Source of the DNA: an uncultured virus (IMG/VR IMGVR_UViG_3300030106_002045)
Lineage: Duplodnaviria > Heunggongvirae > Uroviricota > Caudoviricetes
Strand: one strand, 5' to 3'
IMG/VR virus record: IMGVR_UViG_3300030106_002045
Length of the DNA stretch: 64,000 bases
Of the stretch, positions 9,039-17,807 are shown in pieces (the stretch's first letter is position 1; every line of letters begins with the position of its first letter). Both the position numbers and the translations under genes were made by a program. The notes under the pieces were generated by a model. That model did no database searches. It saw only the letters and a program-made list of their open reading frames with translations, and was not told where the DNA came from.

Positions 9039-10892
9039 TTATTTAATTGTACCCCAATTATCTCCTTTCTCTATATCTACTTTAAGAGGCACACTTAAAT
9101 TTACAGCATTTTTCATCAAATGTATAGCTTCGTCCACACATTTTTGTTGTAACACTTCAGCACTAAAATCTAATTCATCGTGTACTGTTAATTTTAAATC
9201 TATTTCGTCTAATAAACCTGCTTGCCAAATTTTCAACATAGCAGATTTTGTAATATCTGCTGAAGAGCCTTGAATTAAAGCATTTAATGCAGTATGAGTA
9301 TAAGCTCTTTTTAACTGTTGTTTAGGATATTGAGCATATGCTTCTGATAATGGATATGCTTTCTCTCCCCACATATCTCTTGGTTCCCACAACTCAAATC
9401 TTCTTTTACGACCTAAAATAGTTTTTATAAATCCTCTACTACTTGCAACATTAGATACTTGTTTAGATAATTCTTGAACAAATGGTACTTTAGTATGATA
9501 TTTGTTAAATAAATCATAAGCAGTCTCCTCATCTAAACCTAATTCATTTGCTAATTTTTTTTTACCCATACCATAAAATAATCCTAGATTAATAGTTTTA
9601 GCTTGTTTTCTAGGAATGTTTGCCATAGTTGCAACCATTGTATGAAAGTCTGTATTTTCATCTTTATGAAAAGCATTCTTTACATCGTTAGCTGAGCTAA
9701 TATTTTTAAGACTAGCATAATGTACTAATACTCTTGGCTCTTGTTGACTATAATCTGCGCAAATCCATTCTTGATCTTCTTCTGGTATAAATAGACTTCT
9801 GATCATCGGACCAAGTTCTGGATCTCTCGCAGGAACTTGCTGTAGATTAGGATATTGAGAACTAAATCTACCAGTAACAGTACCCATTTGATTAAAAGAA
9901 CAATGTATTCTACCTTTATTAGCTTTCTCAACAATCATATTTTTAATAAAGGTATTTCTAATTTTGTCTAACTTTCTTATTTGTAGTATAATTTTAGAAA
10001 CGTCATCAGTTTGAGTTTCCAACCAACTCGCAGTAAAACTCGGAGTTCCCTTTGCGGTGTGGTTATACTTAATTGAATTATTATCATAAGCATTTTTTAA
10101 TGAAGCATTTGCCCATACATTTACTTCGCATCCTCCAAGTTTATTTAGTAAATTTTGATTAAACTTTTGTTTTTTTTCAAGATCATTGTATAATCTCTTA
10201 GCTCTTTCAACATCAACACGGACACCTTTGCGTCTTATATGAAATAACATTGGTATTAAACTGTTTTCGAATTTAACAATTCTAGTTATTTCTTGTTTAT
10301 AAATTTGTGGTATTTGTTTAAGATGTATTTCTAAAGTTAATCTAGCATCTTCTTTAGCATACTCTGCAACTTCATTAGCATGTAATCGCCATAAATTTTC
10401 TTTAACTTTAGCACGTTTACCAAATCTATACATTACCGCTTGTTCTAATTCAATTTCGTATTTTGATTTTCTTAAATATTTTTGAGCCAATGACTCTAAA
10501 GAGTATTTTAACCTGTTTTCATCTAACAAATGTTCAGTTACTAATATGTCTAAAATACTGTGATGTCTAGTAAGGGTTAGTCGTGAATCCAGTGAATAAA
10601 GCCACTCTACGTCATACAATGCGTTAGCAAAAACCAGTACATGTCGCTTTTCTTCGTTTTTATTATAAATGTATTTTAAAAATCTTATAACTTTTTCTTT
10701 ATCTAAATTACCACCACCTTGATGATTTATTGGAAAATATTCTGTATAACCAGTATCTGTTGCAATTGAAATACCAGCGACATGACCGTCTTTTCTAAAT
10801 CCACCAGGTCCATTTGTTTTTAAATTAGGATCATGTGTTTCTGTATCAATTGCTATATATTTTGATTTATCTATTTCTTGTACATTAAACAT
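9039..10892 (-). CDS. polA: family A DNA polymerase with 3'-5' exonuclease
   Basis: IDTET exonuclease I, TGRFSS..PNLQQVP, DYSQQEPR (motif A), RKQAKTINLGLFYGMG (motif B, Leu at the 762-equivalent), VHDEL (motif C). Confidence 0.97.
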   Translation of the reverse strand: MFNVQEIDKSKYIAIDTETHDPNLKTNGPGGFRKDGHVAGISIATDTGYTEYFPINHQGGGNLDKEKVIRFLKYIYNKNEEKRHVLVFANALYDVEWLYSLDSRLTLTRHHSILDILVTEHLLDENRLKYSLESLAQKYLRKSKYEIELEQAVMYRFGKRAKVKENLWRLHANEVAEYAKEDARLTLEIHLKQIPQIYKQEITRIVKFENSLIPMLFHIRRKGVRVDVERAKRLYNDLEKKQKFNQNLLNKLGGCEVNVWANASLKNAYDNNSIKYNHTAKGTPSFTASWLETQTDDVSKIILQIRKLDKIRNTFIKNMIVEKANKGRIHCSFNQMGTVTGRFSSQYPNLQQVPARDPELGPMIRSLFIPEEDQEWICADYSQQEPRVLVHYASLKNISSANDVKNAFHKDENTDFHTMVATMANIPRKQAKTINLGLFYGMGKKKLANELGLDEETAYDLFNKYHTKVPFVQELSKQVSNVASSRGFIKTILGRKRRFELWEPRDMWGEKAYPLSEAYAQYPKQQLKRAYTHTALNALIQGSSADITKSAMLKIWQAGLLDEIDLKLTVHDELDFSAEVLQQKCVDEAIHLMKNAVNLSVPLKVDIEKGDNWGTIK

Positions 10893-11356
10893 TAATTTGT
10901 TTTACTTTCTAAAATTTTTAAACTTATAAATGTGTATCCTCTACCTGATTCTTCCCATAATTTTCTAGCCAATTCATGTACATATTTTTCTCCATAAATA
11001 ATTTGATTAGCAGTTGTATTTAAAAGAAGTTTAACACAATGTATACAAGGTTCTAAAGTTGTATAAACTCTATCAATATCATAAACATTTTTACATTGCA
11101 ATAAAGCATTTTGTTCTGCATGTATTGCTTTACATTTATCTAAATCAGTACCACTTTTTGAATCAGCACCTTCACAAGGATCATCTATGCAATGTGTAAA
11201 ACCTGCTGGATTACCATTGTAACCTGTAGCAATTACATGATTTCTTTTATTTACAAAAACACAACCTACTTTACGTCTAGCACAAGTACCTCGTTCTGAA
11301 ACTAATTTAGCCATTTTTAAAAAATAAAAATCAGTAGGTGGTCTATAATTATCCAC
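10892..11356 (-). CDS. dCMP deaminase
   Basis: ATGYNG, HAEQNA, PCIHC zinc motifs. Confidence 0.92.
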   Translation of the reverse strand: MDNYRPPTDFYFLKMAKLVSERGTCARRKVGCVFVNKRNHVIATGYNGNPAGFTHCIDDPCEGADSKSGTDLDKCKAIHAEQNALLQCKNVYDIDRVYTTLEPCIHCVKLLLNTTANQIIYGEKYVHELARKLWEESGRGYTFISLKILESKTN

Positions 11357-12167
11357 TATGTAAAATCCTCATTTTATATTCAGCTTTTTTAAAAGAAAAG
11401 TTTGCTGCTCTTTTTAGAGATTTTATAAATGAGTTAGGTCTATTTTTATATCTGTCTATTAAATCATTCATAGAGAAAATTCTATTTTCATTATGTGTAG
11501 ATATTAAAACGTCATCTAATTTATGAGCATCTGTTTCGTATAAATGTCTACTACCTGCTTGTATTGTTAATTTTCCTAATTTACATTTAATTGCTCTTTG
11601 ATTTAATAATAAACATAAATAAAAAGATATTGCTGAAAAATTAAATGTATCATAAGGTGTTCCTAACCATATATCGTTACTTCTCATTGTAGCAATAGTA
11701 TGTAACCATAATTCATCACTTGCTTCTCTTAAAAAAAATTGTAAAGATAATGTGCAAGGTACATCTAAACTTGATCTAGGATTTTCTCTCCATATATTTA
11801 TTACAGCTTGACGTGTAGATTGATCTTTTTCTAAAGCATCTAATACATAAGGCCATTGATCTATAATTTTAGGACCATATGCTCCATAGAAAGTTATACC
11901 ATTATCACTAAATCTTTTTATAGAATTAGCAAATTTACTTACACTTTCAACATCGTTTCTTCCTTCTAACATCCATGCTGCTTCACCCATCATAAAATCA
12001 TAACTTAATTTTCTTTCTGGTAATGTAATTACAGGGTCGTCCATATCAACAGACCAATTATCATTTAGTATTTCGTAACATTTAAGATTCCTAGGCTTGC
12101 TTATAAATTCTGGTTGTCTATAAATTTGCCAAAGTTTTCTTTTATATTTAATGTCTATATCTTTCAT
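11349..12167 (-). CDS. thymidylate synthase-superfamily enzyme with a dCMP-type specificity residue (dCMP hydroxymethylase/methylase/hydroxylase-like)
   Basis: Catalytic DVPCT, MRSNDIWLGTPYD (Asp where dUMP-specific ThyA has Asn), GSRHLY. Confidence 0.85.
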   Translation of the reverse strand: MKDIDIKYKRKLWQIYRQPEFISKPRNLKCYEILNDNWSVDMDDPVITLPERKLSYDFMMGEAAWMLEGRNDVESVSKFANSIKRFSDNGITFYGAYGPKIIDQWPYVLDALEKDQSTRQAVINIWRENPRSSLDVPCTLSLQFFLREASDELWLHTIATMRSNDIWLGTPYDTFNFSAISFYLCLLLNQRAIKCKLGKLTIQAGSRHLYETDAHKLDDVLISTHNENRIFSMNDLIDRYKNRPNSFIKSLKRAANFSFKKAEYKMRILHSG

Positions 12168-12717
12168 CTATTAATTTATTTGTAAATTCATCTAGTTTAT
12201 GGCCATCTTTAAACATATCGTATCTGATAAAATCTTTTCTTTCTCTTAATGGTGATAAATTTCTTAAAAATACTTGTCTTTTTGGTTTACCAAACCAAGA
12301 AAAATAATAATCATCTATTACTGAATCTATGTTATCATATTCTTCATGTCTTAATTCTTTATTAATTCTATGATTCTCTTTAACTCTAGCAATATCTTCT
12401 GGAATACACCAGACATAATTAGCACCTTGATCTTTTAATCTGTTATATAATAATCTAGGATTATAACTCGGACCATTACTTCTTATGTAAGAGTAGAATT
12501 GTTCACTAGGCCAATGTCTATCTAATAAAACTAAATATCCTTCTAACCTTTTTCTTATTGCTAATCGAGCACTCGCTGTATGCCAGAGTTTCATATTTTT
12601 ATGAACTCTTAAATGCATATAATAAGAGTTTTTATATTTTTTTCTTATGTGATTTATTAATGTAGTTTTGCCTACACCATCTGGTCCTTCAAATATTATT
12701 ATTCCTCTAGTAAACAT
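12148..12717 (-). CDS. dNMP (thymidylate kinase-like) kinase
   Basis: IIFEGPDGVGKTT P-loop, LLDRHWPSE. Confidence 0.8.
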   Translation of the reverse strand: MFTRGIIIFEGPDGVGKTTLINHIRKKYKNSYYMHLRVHKNMKLWHTASARLAIRKRLEGYLVLLDRHWPSEQFYSYIRSNGPSYNPRLLYNRLKDQGANYVWCIPEDIARVKENHRINKELRHEEYDNIDSVIDDYYFSWFGKPKRQVFLRNLSPLRERKDFIRYDMFKDGHKLDEFTNKLIDERYRH

Positions 12718-13727
12718 TTAAAAAATTCTTTCGTTCTTTCTTTAGTCCAAAATTTCTTTTTTAAAATTTCAGCTTGAGTATTAAATATATCAACTAACTC
12801 ATCGCTTCTACAATTTTCTATATTTTTTAAATCATGAACAAATCCTAAGATGCTAGTTTCAGAGGGATGTCCATAAATTATACAACCAGCATCTAATGCC
12901 ATTTTATATCTTACTCTCCACCAACCACTACCTTGTAAAGTATGATAATGAGGTGGACTTATTATACCCCAAATTTTACAATATTCTGCGTAAAGTTCGT
13001 GTTCTTTTAATCTCTCTTGTTTTTCTTTTAAATTACCATAAGTTTTAACTGGCCAACTAAATGTTTGATTTTTTAACCAATTTTGTTTACTTACAAGACT
13101 AGCACAAGCCCAATGTTTTTTTCGTTCTGAAGTTTGATCAGAGAATAAATTTACTAAATCAGGATGTTCTAAATGTAAATTACAATATACTGAAGGATCC
13201 CAATTAATTATTTCTTTAGCTCTCATACCTAGAGTTTCGTAATTACCTCCATCATATGCTGGTATTAATAATTTATGTGGCCATTTTTGAAAAGCAAATG
13301 TATCAACTAAATCTTCAATTTCTTTTTTATAAGGTTGTGCTTCATCCCAATTAACTTTACCTACTGGATTACCTGCTTTACTTAATTTTTTCCAAATTCT
13401 CCAATGACCACGACTAAAAGTTCCAAAACCACTTACTGAATCTTTAGTTTGCCAATCATCAATAGAAACAATTGCGTCAGGTCTTTTAATTAAAGTATAT
13501 GCAGCGCCATACCAAAAACGAGCTGATAAACTATTTGGACCAAATACAAACACAAATACTTTATCATAATGTGATACATCTTCTCCCGGGACTATTGCTT
13601 TCTGAGTTACTTCGTGCCCTAAATCTTTTAAAACTTTAGGTAAAATTCTAGCTGATGTAGATATATTTAATGTACTTCTAGCTGTACCAACAGCTAATGC
13701 GTTAAAACCTGTTATTAGTATCTTCAC
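12699..13727 (-). CDS. GT-B-like putative DNA glycosyltransferase
   Basis: MKILITG...LKDLGHEV.Q....GEDVS.YD.V...IDDWQ, C-terminal GSGWWRVRY..A..AG; recalled similarity to RB69-type putative cytosine arabinosyltransferases; sits in the nucleotide-modification operon. Confidence 0.6.
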   Translation of the reverse strand: MKILITGFNALAVGTARSTLNISTSARILPKVLKDLGHEVTQKAIVPGEDVSHYDKVFVFVFGPNSLSARFWYGAAYTLIKRPDAIVSIDDWQTKDSVSGFGTFSRGHWRIWKKLSKAGNPVGKVNWDEAQPYKKEIEDLVDTFAFQKWPHKLLIPAYDGGNYETLGMRAKEIINWDPSVYCNLHLEHPDLVNLFSDQTSERKKHWACASLVSKQNWLKNQTFSWPVKTYGNLKEKQERLKEHELYAEYCKIWGIISPPHYHTLQGSGWWRVRYKMALDAGCIIYGHPSETSILGFVHDLKNIENCRSDELVDIFNTQAEILKKKFWTKERTKEFFKCLLEE

Positions 13728-14157
13728 GTTGTTTCTCTCTTTCTTCGTAAATAACTTGTTCTATATCTGGTGGTGTCCAACCCTTTGGCTTTACAACATC
13801 AAAAGATGTACCACGTTTTTTTGATTTACTTTTAGCTCTTATCTTTTTCATATTTGCTTTTTGTACTTCTTCCCATGCTTTTTCAAATGGTAAATTAAAA
13901 AGCCAAGCAGTTCCTAAAGCAATATAAACTATATCAACAAGAGCATCTAATGCTGCTGCAGTATCTTTTTTAGTTATTGCTTGTGTATATTCTGCAAGTT
14001 CTTCTAATAAAAAAGAAGTTCTAAAATTTACTAATTCATTATCATCTGGTATTGACACAGTATCATTTTTTTTAAAACCAAATTTTTTATGAAATGCATC
14101 AATATCTCTTATTAAAGTATCTTTATCCATATCATCAAACATATCTACAACAGTCAT
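13702..14157 (-). CDS. MazG-like (all-alpha) nucleotide pyrophosphohydrolase
   Basis: FHKKF, LLEELAEY, LDALVDIVY, EVQKANM.K, KPKGW.PPD. Confidence 0.85.
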   Translation of the reverse strand: MTVVDMFDDMDKDTLIRDIDAFHKKFGFKKNDTVSIPDDNELVNFRTSFLLEELAEYTQAITKKDTAAALDALVDIVYIALGTAWLFNLPFEKAWEEVQKANMKKIRAKSKSKKRGTSFDVVKPKGWTPPDIEQVIYEEREKQREDTNNRF

Positions 14158-15215
14158 CAGAGCAAACTCTCTTGTTCTGGTGCTTTTCTATAATCTACAA
14201 TTTTTAATTCTTCTTTAGTTTTATTTTTATCTTCTATACTATTTTTAATTATTCTTGCTACATATTCAGCTACAGGTGGCATTACACCTCTTGCTATTTG
14301 TGAACCGATACTTGATGATGGTCCTTCCCATTTGTAATCTACAGGATAACCTGCCATGTATGCTAATTCTTTATGACCAAATAATCTATCTTCTGTTGGA
14401 TGAATATAAAAACCACCTGCGATTACTGGTATGTGAGCATCTTCTTTTAATCTCCATTTCATAAACTGAGGTCTACCTTTTACACCACCACGCATACCAC
14501 CTCTTACCCATGTTTCAGGTGGATTATATCTTTCCCATGTTACTCTTAAACTTTCACCTTGTTTACAATATTTTAAATATGGTATTTCATTTTTACCAAG
14601 TTTCATTAGATGTCCTATATCTTTTCCATGTTCTTTTCTAAATGAATCTAAAACTTCTTTAGTAGTTCTTAATGGTTGAAAATTTAAACCACCTGCATTT
14701 AAATTATACTTAGTTGCAATAAAGAAAAATCTTTTTCTACTATGATTTAAACCTGTAAAACCACCATCAATTAATAAATGAGTAACTTGATATCCTAGTT
14801 CATTAGCTTCTTTAGTAAATTCCATGATCATCGGTCTACCACCATTCTTACTATAAACTCTTGGCACTGATTCAATAGCAATTGCTTTAGGATTTAATTC
14901 TTTTAAAAGATTAAAACTATCTCTCCAACACGCAATTCTAGGATCATTTCTCCATGCACCTGCACCTTTTTGTGCTCCACCTAAATTAGACCAAGGAGCA
15001 CATGGTGGATTACAATAAACAAAATCAATTTTATTTTTATATTTTTCTCTTGGCCAATTTTCAACTCCTTCAAAGATAGGTATGTTAGGATAATTTGCTT
15101 GAAAAGTTTTTTTATAAGCAGCAGGTTTACCTTCGAAATGTGCTTCAACATTAAAATGTTTACTTACTCCAATTGTAAAACCTCCTGCAAAAATATATGT
15201 TCCCAGTGCTTTCAT
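14157..15215 (-). CDS. atypical C5-cytosine DNA methyltransferase-fold protein
   Basis: Motif IV NPPC, motif VI ESV, motif VIII HSRKRFF, late HPTEDR; motifs I (YIFAGGF) and X (IARGV) deviate from the canonical FxGxGG and GNAV. Confidence 0.8.
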   Translation of the reverse strand: MKALGTYIFAGGFTIGVSKHFNVEAHFEGKPAAYKKTFQANYPNIPIFEGVENWPREKYKNKIDFVYCNPPCAPWSNLGGAQKGAGAWRNDPRIACWRDSFNLLKELNPKAIAIESVPRVYSKNGGRPMIMEFTKEANELGYQVTHLLIDGGFTGLNHSRKRFFFIATKYNLNAGGLNFQPLRTTKEVLDSFRKEHGKDIGHLMKLGKNEIPYLKYCKQGESLRVTWERYNPPETWVRGGMRGGVKGRPQFMKWRLKEDAHIPVIAGGFYIHPTEDRLFGHKELAYMAGYPVDYKWEGPSSSIGSQIARGVMPPVAEYVARIIKNSIEDKNKTKEELKIVDYRKAPEQESLL

Positions 15216-16720
15216 AATAATTCGTAACTATACTTTGTTTCGGGCTGCAAAATGAACAAATTTTTTTTAGCTCTCGTTATAGCAACATAAAAAACTCTAT
15301 GTTCATCATCTGGTTCTACTGATAATTTTTTCCACGTTTTATAAGAAATATCAGATATTACCACCACATTTTCACTTTCTCCACCTTTCATTCCATGTAT
15401 TGTTGATAACCTAATTCTGGCTTTATTTTTATATATATCACCAGATTTTACTAATGATTCAAACATTAATAAATCTGATGGATCAAGACCATGTAAAATG
15501 TTTTGCCAATCTCCTTCTGCAATTAATCCACAATTTTCTTTTAAGTACTGTAAATTAAAATCTAATTCGGTATCTATACCTTTTAAATTTTTATACCCTC
15601 TTTTTACTCCGACACCAGTTCTTAGACAAGAATATAATTTTTTTAATTCGTCATATTTAATTGTTAAACCTTCTTGTAAAGATAACCATGCTCTTATTGC
15701 AATTACATATCTATTAGCTCTAAACTCGTGGTGGCCTTTTTCATAAAACCAACCCATTCTTCTACAATATGATTCTGCTCTACTAAGTTGATAACCGGAT
15801 CTTGCTAAAACTAACCAATCACCTTTAGACATGTCAACATCTTCTATTGATGTAATTTCTGTAATACTTCCTTCTTCATCTTTACAACCCCACTCTTTTA
15901 TTTGTCTTAAAGATATTCTGTGAGAAATTGTACATGCTAGTTTATGTATTTTTTTAGGAAGTCTATAACTTATTGGTAATACTTTTATATTTCCATTTAT
16001 AGATAAAAATTTTTTAACATCAGCACCAGCCCATCTATAAATTGCTTGATCATCGTCACCAGCAATATATCTAACTTTACAATGTTGACTAATCTTTTCA
16101 ATTACTTTCCATTGTTTAGTTGTTAAATCTTGTGCTTCATCAACAAAAATAATATCTAATTTAGGTATGTGTTCTTCATTTATAAATGCGTCAAGCATAT
16201 CTGTAAAATCAAGAAGTTTCTTTTTTTTCTTAAAATTTTTTAATGCCATAGAAAAAAATTCTTGTTCATGCCAACTATGTTCACACTCTAATTCTTTCCA
16301 CACTTCTTTTAAATTTCTTTCGCTTGATCTACTGACCTCATCACAAAATAAAAGTAAATCACCTCTTTTACCACCAACAGATAAACCAGAATTATCTTCT
16401 TCAGATACACCGGACATTTCTATTCTAACTAATTCACTAAATTCTCTTACACGTTCTCCCTTAAAAACTTGACCACTATTTATATTTAATGTTCTATAAC
16501 AAAGACTATGTATAGTTCTAAAAAATTCTAAATCATCATTAGATAAATTAAATTTTTTTATAACTCTATTTCTTGCTTCTTTTAAAGCACGTCTTGTAAA
16601 AGAAAAAAAACCTATTTTATTTGCTTCGTATCCTTCAGAAATTTTTTCTTCTAATATATTTAAAAGAGTTGTAGTTTTACCTGTTCCAGGACTACCAAAT
16701 ATTTTAACAGTATTATCCAT
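15212..16720 (-). CDS. UvrD/Rep-type SF1 helicase
   Basis: GSPGTGKT, DEAQD, GDDDQAIY, STIHGMKGGE, YVAITRAK. Confidence 0.93.
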   Translation of the reverse strand: MDNTVKIFGSPGTGKTTTLLNILEEKISEGYEANKIGFFSFTRRALKEARNRVIKKFNLSNDDLEFFRTIHSLCYRTLNINSGQVFKGERVREFSELVRIEMSGVSEEDNSGLSVGGKRGDLLLFCDEVSRSSERNLKEVWKELECEHSWHEQEFFSMALKNFKKKKKLLDFTDMLDAFINEEHIPKLDIIFVDEAQDLTTKQWKVIEKISQHCKVRYIAGDDDQAIYRWAGADVKKFLSINGNIKVLPISYRLPKKIHKLACTISHRISLRQIKEWGCKDEEGSITEITSIEDVDMSKGDWLVLARSGYQLSRAESYCRRMGWFYEKGHHEFRANRYVIAIRAWLSLQEGLTIKYDELKKLYSCLRTGVGVKRGYKNLKGIDTELDFNLQYLKENCGLIAEGDWQNILHGLDPSDLLMFESLVKSGDIYKNKARIRLSTIHGMKGGESENVVVISDISYKTWKKLSVEPDDEHRVFYVAITRAKKNLFILQPETKYSYELL

Positions 16721-17504
16721 GTTTCTTATAAATATTTCTAATTACTTCGTGTTGTTTACTAGATAATAAAATATGTTCGTCATATTTATCTAGTTTATCT
16801 ATCATAGATTTACAAAAATCACCTTCCCAAGCATTTAATTTAGTATAATCTATTGCGTGTAAAAATTTAACTAAATTTTTATATTGTTGACCATCTATTC
16901 TTTTTAAAAGTTCTTTTGGTATTTCTTGATGTTTTAGTAATTCTATATCTTTTCTTTTCATATGAAAATAAAGCTCTCTACATAACTGAACATCTAATAA
17001 AGCATCATGATAAGGTTGTTCTCCACCGTGAAAGAAAAATTTAAAACATTCTTCTAATTTAGGAAACTTATAATCTTTAAATTCACTTTTAAGTTTCATA
17101 ACATTTTTAGCTGACATCATTGTACAATGTGTATTATCAGGTATTTTATACATAAAACCTAGTTGATTAAATTCTCTTACCATAATTTGTAAATCAAAAG
17201 CTAAATTATGTGCAATAATAGTATGACATTTAGACATAAAATAAGTCATAGTTGCTAAAGGTAGTTCTAATTTAACACCAGTTCTTTGTGCTTCTTCTGT
17301 AGTAATACCATTTACCTTAGTTGCTTCTTTTGGTATTTTAAATTTTTTATTTGGTTCTATTCTACAAGATTGTTGAGCTATTACTTTTTCATTATCATCA
17401 CAAACTTGATATGCAACACTAACTAACTTAGGTTGATCTTCGTGTTCAGGATTTAAATCACGTCTCCATAAACCATTGGTTTCTGTATCAAAAAAAATAT
17501 ACAT
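16713..17504 (-). CDS. DEDDh 3'-5' exonuclease (DnaQ-like) with C-terminal extension
   Basis: FFDTETNG, AHNLAFD, HDALLDV. Confidence 0.88.
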   Translation of the reverse strand: MYIFFDTETNGLWRRDLNPEHEDQPKLVSVAYQVCDDNEKVIAQQSCRIEPNKKFKIPKEATKVNGITTEEAQRTGVKLELPLATMTYFMSKCHTIIAHNLAFDLQIMVREFNQLGFMYKIPDNTHCTMMSAKNVMKLKSEFKDYKFPKLEECFKFFFHGGEQPYHDALLDVQLCRELYFHMKRKDIELLKHQEIPKELLKRIDGQQYKNLVKFLHAIDYTKLNAWEGDFCKSMIDKLDKYDEHILLSSKQHEVIRNIYKKHG

Positions 17505-17506
17505 TA

Positions 17507-17692
17507 TTATCCTTTTAATAAATTAAATTCAAGACCTTCTATTTCTACTTTTGCATCTTTTTTATTTTTCTCCTTATCTTGCTCTAAAAAAATTATTGCT
17601 GCAGTTAAACCATCTTTGTCTGCTGCATACCAATCTTTATTATAATTTTTTGCAAAATCAAGAAGAATATTAATTGCTCTTTCTTTATTCAT
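17507..17692 (-). CDS. hypothetical protein
   Basis: 61-aa ORF in the operon. Confidence 0.55.
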   Translation of the reverse strand: MNKERAINILLDFAKNYNKDWYAADKDGLTAAIIFLEQDKEKNKKDAKVEIEGLEFNLLKG

Positions 17693-17807
17693 AATCTACC
17701 TTCATTAGTTGATTTAAAACAGTAGTCCAAGGATTAAAATCATAATCAATTTTGGCACAACCATTTAATAAAATTAATATAAATAATAATTTAATTAATT
17801 TATTCAT
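17685..17807 (-). CDS. 40-aa putative lipoprotein, not in the ORF track
   Basis: MNKLIKLLFILILLNG-C signal peptide with lipobox; overlaps both neighbours. Confidence 0.6.
   Translation of the reverse strand: MNKLIKLLFILILLNGCAKIDYDFNPWTTVLNQLMKVDYE

Noticed and set aside
9039..10892. HMO-2011-type polymerase with a DnaJ zinc-finger insertion, or an intein
   Set aside because: No CxxCxGxG repeats; the length is compact
11349..12167. Canonical thyA or a dUMP hydroxymethylase (hmU-type phage)
   Set aside because: The specificity position is Asp (PYD), the dCMP-type residue, and no hmU-DNA kinase or amino-acid transferase genes were recognised
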